DNA of 64,000 nucleotides from Macrostomum lignano (taxonomy: Eukaryota), in the NCBI GenBank assembly GCA_002269645.1, contig NIVC01001642.1, forward strand, positions 1-64,000, given 5' to 3'. This document shows positions 14,194 through 26,674 of this stretch, piece by piece. The stretch's first letter is position 1; each line of letters starts with the position of its first letter. Under the pieces are notes generated by a model. That model had not been told where the DNA came from. It saw nothing but the letters and a program-made list of their open reading frames with translations, and searched no databases. Made by a program: the position numbers and the translations under genes.

Positions 14194-16277
14194 ATGGCAG
14201 CCGCCAAGCCAAAAGTCTCCAACCCGCTGAGCCTGAGCCTGCCAGACCGGGCACTCAGCGGCATCCTGCGCTGCCTGGACCTGCGCAGCCTGGCCGCCTG
14301 TCGTCTCGTCTGCCGCGCCTGGCTGTCTCGCATCGACGCTTTTTGCAGCGGCGGCGCCTGCGTTGGTGGTGGCTTGTTGACCGCTGGTCGCGCCGTCCGT
14401 CAGCTGTGCGGCGGCGGCAGCAGTGCAAAATCGCCGACCGCCTGGCAGGCGCTGCAGCTGTCTAGACGGTGCAGCTTGGTGTGCTCCACGCTGAAAGAGA
14501 CGGACGTGCAGTGCGAGGAGGAGCTGCTGCCGAGCCTGCCGGACCTGCAGCTGCTGCCCATGGTGAGTGCTCGGCGCTCGCTCACAAATCAATGCTGCAA
14601 TATTGTGTGGCTATAAGAAACGAACCAGAAAATGCGCAGCTGGAAATTTAAACTACTTATAGTAGGTTTCAGTCTACCATGGGGGCCATGGATTTTATGG
14701 TGGGGGGGGGCAAAGTAAGGAATTCTACATGACTAAGTTCCTACATAATTTTGAGAATCGGTGTTGTTAGCACTCGTTTTGGCGCCGCAGGCACTTATTT
14801 TAGCGCCACAGACATTCATTTTAGCGCCTCAGGCACTCATTTTAGCGCCGGAGACACTGAGACACTCATTTTAGCGCCGGAGACACTGAGACACTTATTT
14901 TGGCGCCCCAAAGCAAAATTATTGATTTCCATAGCATTTAAATGTCCCTCCTATAGCTTTCACTCGGTGGGGAGTCGGGGACATGCCCCCCCTGTCCCCC
15001 CGGTGGCGACGCCCCTGCGTGAAAGTGAATGACTCTTGTACTTGAGGTCCCAAGTTCGAGCCCCTATGCTCGTCGCAAAGTTTCCTACGTAACACCGTTT
15101 GCAGTCGGACAAGGGCGGCCGCGGCCGCCTGATGCTGCGAACTCGGATGCTGGACCGTGGCCGCTGCCGCCTTATCAATCGGCTACTGAAAGTGCCCCAA
15201 ATACCCGAGGATGCCGAGTGCAGCTTGAAGTTCTGCGCCACCTCCTGGATCGGTCTGGTCATCTGCCGCTTCAACGATGGCACATGCGTGGTGACGCTGC
15301 CGCTGAGGCCTGGCGACGGCGGACTGGGCGGAGACGAAGTGCTGACCCAGGCGGTGATCAGCCCGCCTATATCCGGCATTTTCCCTGTTGTCATGGCAAC
15401 GCACAAGTGCGCCAAGTGCGGCCAAGACCAGCTGCTGGTCTACAGTATGAGCTTGGCTGCGCCCCAGCTCAGCCTGTGGTCGCTGCCGCCCGCCGCCGAC
15501 TCGTTCGGCAGGTCGCCGCAAGTCATCGGCAAGCCGCACAGCGTCCTGCAAAGTGGTGTCGTGGGCAGCGATGAAGAGGCCCTGCGGATGCTGCAGGTGG
15601 CGTCGCCTGTCGAGTCGGAGTTTGCCGTGTTCGCCGTGATGAACAGCAACGATGAGGACACTCTGACCACCGTCAGCTTCGTCCGCGCCGGGTGCCGCCA
15701 GCTCAGCCTCCTCCGCAGCCGCATCAGCCTGGGCGGAGACGAGTGCGGCTTCATCACGGACTCCAGCGACGGCGTCCTCGTCACCATGGTGATCGACGGC
15801 CTTCGCCGACGTCGTGGACAGGCTCGCTGTCAGCTGAGACTCCGAGTGACTCGTCACGTGCTGGCCGGACCGAAGTGCACTGTGTGTCCAGAGACCTTCC
15901 TGTACAACTGCCCGATGCCGTCTGCTGAGGTGCCCGAATCCCAGCCTAAGCTAATTGGCCACGGCAGGCAGCTGCTGTGCGTGACCTTCATGGTGCCGCA
16001 CTGCCTGGCTCTGTATCGGCCGAGCTGTCCGCAGCCTCCGGTCGTCATCGACCTGCCCAACGACCAGCCGTTGCACTTTCTGTGGCCGGTCGGCAACTGG
16101 CTGAACTGCGGCATCGACCCGGAGCGGCAGAGCTGCCCGCTGCTGGTGTCAGCTGGCATGGAGCGAGATGAAGCAAACAAACAGAGCCACCTGCTGAGCT
16201 TGAGCTTCTCTAAGGATGCTCCGCAGTCAGCTGTGTGGCAGCGGACTGTGCAGTTTGGCAGCTCGGTTTCTGAGTAA
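14194..16277 (+). CDS. F-box protein, about 513 aa (exons 14194-14562 and 15105-16277), with an uncharacterised C-terminal domain
   Basis: F-box motif LSLPDRALSGILRCLDLRSLAACRLVCRAW. A phase-0 intron runs ATG|GTGAGT ... TTTGCAG|TCG, and the spliced frame is open to TAA at 16277. Confidence 0.85.
14678..15017. mobile_element. Probable hAT-like MITE in the F-box intron
   Basis: Ends CATGGGGGCC... and ...GGCGACGCCCCTG with G/C-run subtermini, and internal CACTCATTTTAGCGCC repeats. No TSD was found. Confidence 0.4.
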
Positions 16278-16616
16278 CAGCTTTGATTTATTTGTTGACA
16301 TTTGGTTTCAGACTTTGTGCTCATCAGTTTACTAATTCTTCTGCAAGCATTTGACAGGTCTGTTTGATCTATTTTTAGCATTAATTATATCCAATCTGCC
16401 CTGCATTTTATCAAGTACAATAATTTTTTAGACAATTTGTTTGTCACTTGAGTCTCGACTTTTTTTACTATAATTTTTCGCTGTCGCTTTGTTGCTTTGG
16501 CTTAATTTTAACTCGTTCGTTATTAAATATATAAAAAATAGGCGAATTCTTCGCTTTCTCAAAAATCGTTCTGAGTTTTATACTCTTATTCAATTTTTAG
16601 ACGTTGCTCTTCATAC

Positions 16617-17040
16617 CTTCTCCATCCCCACAGTCACAAATCATTTAGTTCCCCATCCCCACAGTCACAGATCATTCAGTTCCCCATCCCCACAGTCACA
16701 AATCATTTAGTTCCCCATCCCCACAGTCACAGATCATTCAGTTCCCCATCCCCACAGTCACAAATCATTTAGTTCCCCATCCCCACAGTCACAAATCATT
16801 TAGTTCCCCATCCCCACAGTCACAAATCATTTAGTTCCCCATCCCCACAGTCACAAATCATTTAGTTCCCCATCCCCACAGTCACAAATCATTTAGTTCC
16901 CCATCCCCACAGTCACAAATCATTTAGTTCCCCATCCCCACAGTCACAAATCATTTAGTTCCCCATCCCCACAGTCACAAATCATTTAGTTCCCCATCCC
17001 CACAGTCACAAATCATTTAGTTCCCCATCCCACAGTCACA
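16617..17040. repeat. 31-bp minisatellite (TCCCCATCCCCACAGTCACAAATCATTTAGT), about 13.5 copies
   Basis: 31-bp period with near-identical copies. Confidence 0.97.
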
Positions 17041-17172
17041 AATCCCTATCCTGCATATCCCCATCCTGCAAATCCCCTTCCTGCGGATCCCCATCCTGCA
17101 GATCTCTATTCTGCAGATTCAGGAAGAACCTGTTTCTCAGTTCACGGGACTGTCAGTACTGGAGGCGGAAAT

Positions 17173-17533
17173 GGGATAGCAACGTTTGCCAGCCGACGTT
17201 TGCCAACCGACGTTTGCCAACGTGACATTTGCAGGCGGTAATTGGTTTTATAGAATTATGCCGCGTTCTAGTGGGCAGTTGTTTGATAGTAACCTGTACT
17301 AGTGAGCAGTTTTTTGTTATGAATAGTAACCTGTATATTTAGTAGCAGTAGTAGGGAGCGAGGTGGGGTTAGATTAGTGCTATGTCCGCAGTTTTCAAAT
17401 TGAATTACATGTAAGCCTAGAGAGGGCATAATTCTTTAACCGATTACTGTCTGCAAAAGTAAATGTCCGGCTGTCAAACGTCAGCTGGCGAACGTCGGCT
17501 GGCAAACGTCCCGCTGGCAAACGTCGTAGACCC
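17173..17533. mobile_element. MULE/Mutator-like MITE, 361 bp, with a 9-bp TSD
   Basis: Imperfect TIRs built of ACGTTTGCCA repeats, with GGG...CCC termini. Flanks are GGCGGAAAT (17164-17172) and GGTGGAAAT (17534-17542). Confidence 0.8.
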
Positions 17534-18191
17534 GGTGGAAATGATTGATACTTTGCTGGAAGAAGCGTCCACATATACAGCTTTGACTGACCAAGATCTG
17601 GATGAAATTGCCAAGATGGAGGACACGGGAAGCCATCACTTATATTATCTGCCGTACGAGTTCCTCAGTCGATAGCGCTTTACCCACTGGTCTCAAAGCA
17701 GTAGAAGGTCCGGCTTGCGCATCAGGGATGTCAGCTTCTTCCAGTTTCTACCCGAAAAACTCATCCATCAGGCCAAATTCCAACTCTTGATCCATTGTCT
17801 GAGCTTTCTTATTAGGCAAATAAAAAGTCGTTTTATTGGGAGTGAAGATTCTGCGGGGCGTTCCAGACACCCATACTCTACAGCGAGGACGATGATAATT
17901 GAATGTCCATTGCATGAAGTAGGGATTCTAAGATTCGTAGTCTAAGATTAAATTAATGTAATGTATTCCTCAGAATACACTGTCTGTGGCAGAAAGCGTA
18001 TTCTGAAGAGTGTTGATCTTTTACTGACGTACACAAAAACATCGGCGTCCTGAAAAGCCAAAATGAAATCGTCCAGGGTCGCTGTCGCAAGTAGCAATAA
18101 GGAGAAATCAAAGAACTGAACAACAAGCAATAACGTTCTTCAACAAGTATATTTGCACCCGTAGACAAAGAGATTCTTCCAACCTTGAGCG

Positions 18192-19863
18192 ATGCAGCCG
18201 GACTTCTTGCATCAGCGCATGCCGGACCACGCGCTCAGCTGCATTCTGCACCGCCTGGACCTGCGCAGCTTTGCCGCCTGTCGCCTTGTCTGCCGGAGCT
18301 GGCACTGTCGAATCGACGACAGCCGCGTTCTGGAAGCGGCCCGGACCTCCTGGCACCTGTGCGCGATGTTAACCGGCGGTCAGGCTTGGAAGGTGGCCAC
18401 CCAGAGAGGCTTGGTGTGCTCGGAGCTGGAGGAGAGGGTCGTGACCTCCGAGGACGAGCTGGTGCCCATTCTAGAGGACCTGGAGCTGCTGGCATGGTGA
18501 GTTCCTGAAGCCATGCAGGAAGTATTTATTTACCTAGTTTAAACTAGCACTATACTACAGTATAGCTAGTTTCGTCATTGCAACGACAGAGGTCATAGAG
18601 AAGTCATGCATAGCTGGAATCCAGGGCCGTCATAGCATAGTATCGATCGGGGTTCATAGCTGGTCCCCGAAATCCACTTGCAGCATGATCAAACGGGCAA
18701 CGGAGGCCTGCAGATGTACACCAGGATGCTGGACTGCCGCATGCTGCATCGAACTTTCCGAGTGCCCCAGGTGTTCGCTGATGTCAGCTACATGACGCGA
18801 TACTGCTCCACCTCTTGGGTGGGCCTGGCACGGTGCGAGCGAAATGGAGTCTATGGAGGCGTGCTGGCGGTGCCTTTGAAGCCGGGCAGAAGCGGCCTGG
18901 GGAGAGATAAGCTCTAATTCAGGCTGACATTAGAGTAATGATTACAACCTCCATGGCTTATGACGTTGTCATGGCAACACACAAGTGCCCCACCTGCGGG
19001 GACACACAGCTGCTGCTACTGAACAGTTTCTTGGTGGACCAGCTGAAGCTGTGGTCGCTGCCGCCCGCTGGCGTCTTCGTGCCACCGCCTGTGCTGACGC
19101 AGCCGCACAGCGTCCTGCACGACGTCACAAATGACGCCGGCAACGAAGAGGGGCTTCGGCTGCTGCAGGTTGCGTCGCCCGTCGAGTCGGAGTTTGCCGT
19201 GATGAACAGCAACGAGTGCGACACTCGGACCACCGTCAGCTTCGTCCGCGCCTTTTGCCGCCAGCTCAGCCTCATCCGAAGCCGCATCAGCCTGGGCGGA
19301 GACGAGTGCGGCTTCATTGCGGACTCCAGCGACCGCGTTCTCGTCACCATGGTGATTGACAGCCTTCGCCGACGTCGTGGGCAGACTCGGCGCTAGCGGA
19401 GACTTCGAGTGACTCGTCACGTGCTGACTGGGCCGAGCTGCCAAGTGCAGGCTGAGACCTTCTTGTACAACTGCCCGATGCCGTCCGCTGAGGTGCCCGA
19501 CTCCCGTCCCGAGCTGCTTGGCCACGGCAGGAAGCTGCTGTGCGTGACCTTCGTTGAACTGGAGCGCCTGGCTCTGTACCGGCCGAGTTTCCGCAGCCTC
19601 TGGTCGTCATCAACTTTTCCCACCCACTCGATAATTCATATTTCTCGTGGCCAGTTGGAGACTGGCTTGACCGCGGCATGGACCCTGAGAGGCAGAGCTG
19701 CCCGCTGCTGCTGGTTTTGGGGTTTCAGCCTTTTTCTCCAGGCACCGACCAGCTGGTCTCCGTGCCCAGCCACCTGCTGAGCTGGACCTGCGCCAAGGAG
19801 ATCCCGGAGACCGCCGCTGTGTGGCAACAGGCCGTGCGGCTTGGCAGCTTCGGGTCCGAGTGA
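18192..19863 (+). pseudogene. F-box paralog, disrupted
   Basis: Homologous to 14194-16277 with the same intron position. It has a 1-nt loss just before the donor (about 18493), frameshifts near 18913 and 19588, and an in-frame TAG at 19394-19396. Confidence 0.8.
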
Positions 19864-19913
19864 CGGACTGCTGCATCTGAGTCTCCATTTACCAATTAAA
19901 GTTGTTTTTTGTT

Positions 19914-20203
19914 AATAATAATAGCAATAGATTATTACACCTACCCCAGTTGGACCAGATGTGCAACCGACAGCTCAGCCACAGTTATTGCGCGGCGCAT
20001 TTGAAGGCTGCTTTTGGCTGTGTCAGTTCGCACACTCTCAATTACCCCAGCTAATGCCAGTACAGCTGGGTGAACTGCAGCAATGCAGAGTTAAGCAAGT
20101 GTCTTGCTTGCTTAAGGACACAAACTGTTTCAGTGGGATCGAGAATCGAACCCCCAACCTTCAAGTCGCGAGTCCGACGCTCTAACCACTAGGCTACAAT
20201 CCC
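19914..20203 (-). mobile_element. tRNA-derived SINE
   Basis: The minus-strand head has box A (TAGCCTAGTGG) and box B (GGTTCGATTC), and the tail is (TAT)n. Direct repeats TTTTTTGTT at 19905-19913 and 20204-20212 form a TSD. Confidence 0.8.
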
Positions 20204-22883
20204 TTTTTTGTTTGTTGAATAGGGATTTAACCCCAGTGATACATTTTTGTGACCCTGCTTTTTTTAGCTACCGTCAGCCACGCGGTTTACCGTACTCTCT
20301 CCTCAACCCGTCAGCTTTTTTTCCTCTGCAGCAGCCAAACTGACATGTTTGTAGCCGCGCCTTCTAGCCGCACCAAAAAGTAAAACCTATGCCCTAATGA
20401 TAATTTTTATCAGAAACTATACTTCTAGATGATCTAGAAGTAGATTATGATCCTAAATGAATGCCCCAAAACTTTTTTTGATGTTCGAGAAAAATTAGGA
20501 GTAAAAGTTTGTTTTAGGGCGGCTGAAGGGCCGCAGGCTGGAAGGGGGCTAGAGAATTTCATATGCATTTCAGATGTTAAATTACATATTTTACTCGTAA
20601 TAGATGGCCCAACCGATTACAGAAAGCAAATAAGTGAATAACCCCCAAATAGGATAACGACCGAAGTGACACCGTCACATGTTTCTATGGCGACCTAGCG
20701 TGTCTGATATTTAATTTAAGGCACGCAAATATTTAATTAACTATTTTTTGGAACGCACTATACACATGTGCATGGCTGAAATGAAGTGAACTGAATTATT
20801 TAACCCTGATCTAATCAATGATCAATGGTGTCAATTTTAAATTTTTTGTATGTCACTTTTAAGCCTACATATGTAGGTACAATGTTTATTAAAAATTAAT
20901 GTCAGCCTACTGCTAGTGTTAAATTTAATACGATATTAACCTTACCATCTAGCTTTGTCTGTACGTCAGTCAATCTTCGTTTATATCACTAGACCTACGG
21001 AATCAGATAGGCTCGGCTGGGCCTGGGTCTATAAATTTAAATATTATGTTTCGATTGAATCGTTGTCAAATTTTACTGGTGCTCATAAATACGTATAAAG
21101 TATTAAAATACTTTTTAAAATGAAGCTTTAAATTATGCCGTGAAGTGATTTTAATAGGCAAGCTATATAAATTTAAATTAGCTATCTGAATGACTTGAAA
21201 TAATTTTTCTTCATTCTTTAAACTTCAAGGACTTTTCCAGAGACAAGTTTAGTTGTTTAGCTAATTTATGTTTTAGCCTGTCAGGACTCAGCACAGAAGC
21301 AGCCATTCAGAAGCAGTTGTGGCATGCGGGAGACGATTTGTGCAGTCATCTGTAGGCCAGATGAAGGCCAAAAAGTCGCCAGCCCATACATCAGGCAACA
21401 ACTTGAAATATCTTGCAAGATCTTGAGAAACACGTGTGAAATCTTATAAGATCCTTAAAACTTTCTTGCGAAATCTTGTCAGATCTTATCAGATCTGCAA
21501 AAAAAACTTCAAGTCAGATCTTATATTTTTTTAGCAAAAATCATAGGAAATTTTAAGTAAGATCTGTCAAGTTTGCTCAAGTCATTGTCAACTAGGGATT
21601 GTTGTTGAGCCACAAATGTCTGGGTAGGTTATTTGGTTGTTCTCAAGTTTAAATTCACTTATCAATAAGATATGTGCTACCGGTTTTGAACTTAGAGTTG
21701 ATTTTGCGTCCTTAACTCGGGTTGTATTTAACAGTAGAAAGATCACACTGTTTTTCCCCATCGGGAAAGACCACGGGGTGTATTACAAATGCACACGACC
21801 CATTTCACGATAGCTCGCAAACCGAATTACCGATTTTCGTAAAATTCCACCTTTTAAAATCAAAATTTTCGGCCCTCTTAACTTTCAAAGTCATCCAACG
21901 TCACATCCGTCGAGATATTCAACGATTCTTGTCGAAGACACTGGTGGCAAGGACAACCAACACTACACTGTATAAACCTTTATTGTGAATCCATATTGGC
22001 TCAATAATCTGGGTTCATCTGTCTTAGAGCGTAGAGGCCTTTGTTCTCAGCATACCAGGCACCAGGGCCCCCTTCATCTCCATCTGGAGCATCGGCGGCG
22101 ACCGTCGGGACCTTCAACAAAAGCACCCGATTGGCATCTCAGAGACGGCTGCGTTCCCAAAACTGAAATGGAAGAATCCTCTTCTGCATGCAGCATTCAG
22201 TCAGTAGACATAATCAGTGAATGAAATGGACGATGGTGACCCTCTAGGCTGACCTGTAGACATACAGGCGACCTTCGGGACCTTCAACAGTGCCACCACG
22301 CGCCACGTGCCCCGACGAGCTGACACCGCCAGCATGGTGATTTTTCTATCAAGGCACCAAACCAGGCGCGGCATGTCTGCACATTATGCAATGGTCCTGC
22401 ACCATGTTCAGCACTGGTACACTGGACGACCTTCGGGACATTCAATGGAGTGCCACCACGAGGGCCTGACAAGCTGGCACCCCACCATGTTGAACATGGT
22501 GCAGGACCATTCTTCTAGTCTTTCTATTGTTAACTGTCTTGATAAACTTTCTTACTATCCCTGTGTGCTCTTTTGAATAATGTAGTCATTAGAGTTGTTC
22601 TAGTTGTCAGTTAATTTCGTTTTATTTTTTTTAATCAAACGTTTCCAAACACATAAGCATTTATTGTTATTGGTTACATCTCTTGGTTTAGTTGACTTGG
22701 CTTTATCATTTCTTTGATTTATTATTTATTCCGAAAGATTTTGCTTGTAGGCTGTCAATGACGGTGGCTCCCAGTTTCCAAGATTTTTTAACGACGTTAA
22801 GGATTCTGTGTTGTAATTAACTAACGCGAGTTCATTTTTAAAGACTGATAACAGCTCCCTCAAAGAGTAGCTTGAATCCGCCG

Positions 22884-23595
22884 TCTGCAGATCCCCATTA
22901 ACCCATCTGCAGATCCCCATCATTCCATCTGCAGATCCCCACCATTCGATCTGCAGATCCCCACCATTCCATCTGCAGATCCCCACCAACCCATCTGCAG
23001 ATCCCACAAACCCATCTGCAGATCCCCATTAACCCATCTGCAGATCCCCACCAACCCATCTGCAGATCCCCATTAACCCATCTGCAGATCCCCATCATTC
23101 CATCTGCAGATCCCCACCATTCGATCTGCAGATCCCCACCATTCCATCTGCAGATCCCCATTAACCCATCTGCAGATCCCCACCATTCCATCTGCAGATC
23201 CCATTAACCCATCTGCAGATCCCCACCAACCCATCTGCAGATCCCTACTAACCCATCTGCAGATCCCCACCATTCCATCTGCAGATCCCCATTAACCCAT
23301 CTGCAGATCCCCACCATTCCATCTGCAGATCCCCACCATCCCATCTGCAGATCCCCACCATCCCATCTGCAGATCCCCACCATCCCATCTGCAGATCCCC
23401 ACCATCCCATCTGCAGATCCCCACCATCCCATCTGCAGATCCCCACCATCACATCTGCAGATCCCCACCATCCCATCTGCAGATCCCCACCATCCCATCT
23501 GCAGATCCCCACCATCCCATCTGCAGATCCCCACCATCCCATCTGCAGATCCCCACCATCCTATCTTCAGATCCCCACCATCCCGTCTGCAAATC
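22884..23595. repeat. ~21-bp minisatellite (CCATCTGCAGATCCCCACCAT)
   Basis: About 33 copies. It produces the spurious MGWWGSAD ORFs. Confidence 0.97.
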
Positions 23596-23965
23596 CCCAA
23601 TTCCCCGACAAGGACAACTGAAGTTACGTTATTTAAGTTGTCCTTGTTCCCCGACCCCATCCCATTCCATTTTTTATGAAAAAACCTACATAGTGACTGA
23701 AATAGTTTATAAACGCATATACCCATGACTACTAATATAGTTAGTGAATATGTAATTATGTAAACTAATTTATATTGTCATTAAGTTGACTTTAAAAGCA
23801 TTACGATCTGATTTAGATATGATGCTCCCTCCTTTTTGACCACCTGGTAATTAAAAGCATTACTTTATTGCTTATAGTTCACATATTTAATGGGTATGCA
23901 TAAATTTTGTACTTTTTCAAGCAGCAATCCAAATATTATCATTCCTACGATAATTTCCAGAGAAA

Positions 23966-24796
23966 ATGGCTGCTGCAGCTTCCGAATCGTGTGAAACTGA
24001 ACTCCATGATCAAATTAAAAAACTGCGTAATTGGCTGCGGCAGTCAGAAGATGTTCGTGAACACCCTCCTCTGGGGGCATATACAATGTACCCATTTTCG
24101 GATTTGGATTGGGATATGACTTCTGTCGATTGGTTGGAAGCAATTTTGGAATTAGAAAGAGAAGGTTACTACACTTATGATTCCTACCAATGGGTTGACG
24201 TGTCAAAAATATACCACTTCAATGATAAAAACCGAAAAGTAAAACCAGATCCAGCAAGGCGAGTATGGAAGCCTGACAGTTTCCAATACTTAAAAAAGCA
24301 GGTTGATGAACAGAAAGAAATCTCGCCTGTTTTACTATCTCCTTCTGATGAGCATCCGGGACAGTATGATCTAACTGATGGAATCCATAGGATTGCTGCC
24401 GTTCACCATCACGGATATACATCCATTTTAGCTCGGGTGACAAACATTCGATCTCCGGATAGAACAAAAATGCCACCGCTGTTGACTGACCACTATCCAT
24501 TTTGGCTCAATTACTCACACGTGTGCTCAGTGGCGGGTACGATTGGTAGTGAAATTCAGAGTTTTAATAACTCCACATTTCTAGCAAATGAAACAGAAGT
24601 AACTGTTAATGTGTGCAGTCTTTCCTGCGCTAATAAGTTTCAAATTGAGTCGGCTCAAGCTGCGGATAATTATAACTCGTGGAAAGCCAAAAACATTAAA
24701 GGCTCCTTTGAGACGTGCAAAGGGTCTACCGGTGAATTCAGCTGTGATTCTATTGAAGAAGCGGCTAAGTTTCTGGCAGGCAAAATGTGCAAATAA
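23966..24796 (+). CDS. Single-exon ParB/sulfiredoxin-like (ParB N-terminal domain) protein, 276 aa
   Basis: Long non-repetitive ORF. The segment LKKQVDEQKEISPVLL...QYDLTDGIHRIAAVHHHGYTSILARV fits the ParB-N consensus (P-hydrophobic..y.h.DGxHRxxA..lG). A TTTCCAG acceptor lies 5 nt before the ATG. Confidence 0.75.
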   Translation: MAAAASESCETELHDQIKKLRNWLRQSEDVREHPPLGAYTMYPFSDLDWDMTSVDWLEAILELEREGYYTYDSYQWVDVSKIYHFNDKNRKVKPDPARRVWKPDSFQYLKKQVDEQKEISPVLLSPSDEHPGQYDLTDGIHRIAAVHHHGYTSILARVTNIRSPDRTKMPPLLTDHYPFWLNYSHVCSVAGTIGSEIQSFNNSTFLANETEVTVNVCSLSCANKFQIESAQAADNYNSWKAKNIKGSFETCKGSTGEFSCDSIEEAAKFLAGKMCK

Positions 24797-25441
24797 AGTT
24801 TAACTTTAAAACTGCGTAAAAGGTTGTGTAGCAGGTGTAGCTGTGCTTAGTGTTCAATGTTCTATGTTAATGTTGTAGCAGGTATGATTTTACTTATTTG
24901 TTCTGTCTGTCTCTAAGCTATGACTCTTTCTTGGAAAATTCCTAAGTTCACTCGATTTCTTAGAAATCTCGTGGTAGCTGTGAGTGTCTGAGCGGTAAGA
25001 CACTGTCTAATTTCCTAAACTAGTTCGAAAGTATTGTATTGTAAAGTATTGTAATACTTTATTGAAAGTATTAAAAGTAACTCTAAAATGTAGTGTTCTT
25101 CGTTTGTTAGTTATTCTTCTGGCGTCACTGAGAAGCTTCTTGATACTCGTATTGGAAGTCCATAAGGCTCTCTCATTTTAACTGTTTAACTGTATCTATA
25201 CCCATGCTACGCTTTGCAAACTTTTTTACTCCTAACGTAGTAAAAGATAAAAATTAAAGCAACGATCAGCGCTTAGCTATTCACTCAGTCTAAGTATCAC
25301 AATAATAACGTACATGTACGTGTGATAATTAAAGTTCAATTGCGATTTGCAGGATGCATATTGCAATCCCCGTGCAAAATTTAAAAAAAAACTTTCGAGC
25401 AATACACTTTCAAGAAAATATCCCTACCAAAATTGCTACAA

Positions 25442-26391
25442 CAAAACAACAACAACAACAAGAAAATACAGTCACAGTTAGAGCAGGGCGCGTCAGTCGA
25501 TGGCGCGCCGCAGAGCCTGGGAGCGAACAAAGTCAGCTCCGTTGGCAGTGTCGGGCGCCCCAGCGTCGCACAGCAGGCAGTCCACGTATCGACGGGTTCG
25601 GGCCTGACCCCGCCTGAACGGACCCTGCAAGGTAAGCAGCAGGACGTCCTGAACAGGTTGGGGGCAGTAGCCCTCGGCCCGGATCACGTGACCCGCCAGT
25701 TGAGGTCGCCGCCGGCGCAAAATGATGGACGGGCGCTGCAGCTTGGCCCGATCGTACAGGACCTCGATCCCGACGCTCTCGTCAGCTGGAAAGCCGCACG
25801 GAGCAGCCCTGAGTGCGCCGAGTCCAGCTGCCGCTCAAGCGTAGCCGTCAGCGTCCACGTCTCGGCGTTGTAGAGCAGGACGGTTTCGACCCCCGCCTGC
25901 CACAGCCGAGCCCTCTGGCGGTCGGGCAGCGCTTCGGACTGGGGGACGGCTCGGATCGAACGAAAGGCCGCCCAGGCAAGTCCTCTGCGCCGCCGGAGGT
26001 CCTCTTCCACGTGGGGCACCAGACCGCCGAGGTAGGTGAACCGCTGGCAGCGTGCGAGCCTGGTCGTCTGCCCGTCTGCGCCGCGGCACGTCAGGTCCGC
26101 TGGGAATGTCGGCCGGCACAGTCAGCACCTCGGTCTTCAGCGTGTTGACGATCAGACCGACGCTCGATGCCACCTCGACCAGCCTGTCGATCTGGCGCTG
26201 GGCGCCTTCAACGGACGAGGACAGGAGGGCGAGGTCGTCGGCGTAGCCAAGCACGCTTAGGCGCTTTTCGCCGTGGCGGTGACCGATGCGTCTGCGCAGC
26301 AGGAAGCCGTCATCAGCCGAGGGGAGAGCGGTCCGAAGCACCCAGTCCAGAAGCAGCACGAAGAGGAACGGCGCTAGCGTGTTCTGTTCTG
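25442..26391 (-). mobile_element. 5'-truncated RTE-clade LINE (RT C-terminal part)
   Basis: TLAPFLFVLLLDWVLR...GYADDLALL with frameshifts and a (TTG)n tail. A 12-bp TSD AAATTGCTACAA lies at 25430-25441 and 26392-26403. Confidence 0.92.
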
Positions 26392-26674
26392 AAATTGCTA
26401 CAAAAAGGCAATTCAATATTCATATTCAACACGAAGCTTCTAAAAATTTGAGAAACAATTCGCTTGCAAGAATCGCGAGATTTTCGTGGTGTCCAATTGC
26501 AATTCTTGGTAATTGGTTGTCACAAATTATGATGAAACCTTTTTTAAAGCTTATAAGTTATGATCATGCTTTATAATATATATTGAACTCGTTTTCATTA
26601 CATTATATATTATCATTTATGGTAAATGTCAAAAAATTGCGCCAATATGTTGCATGTACACTACAATGAAGAGT

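Noticed and set aside
21382-21597. AGATCTT-rich segment with CCC...GGG ends as a MITE
   Set aside because: Terminal similarity is weak and there is no TSD.
21985-22576. GC-richer segment with three CGACCTTCGGGAC repeats and short ORFs
   Set aside because: No recognisable domain or splice-supported frame. It is probably decayed mobile DNA.
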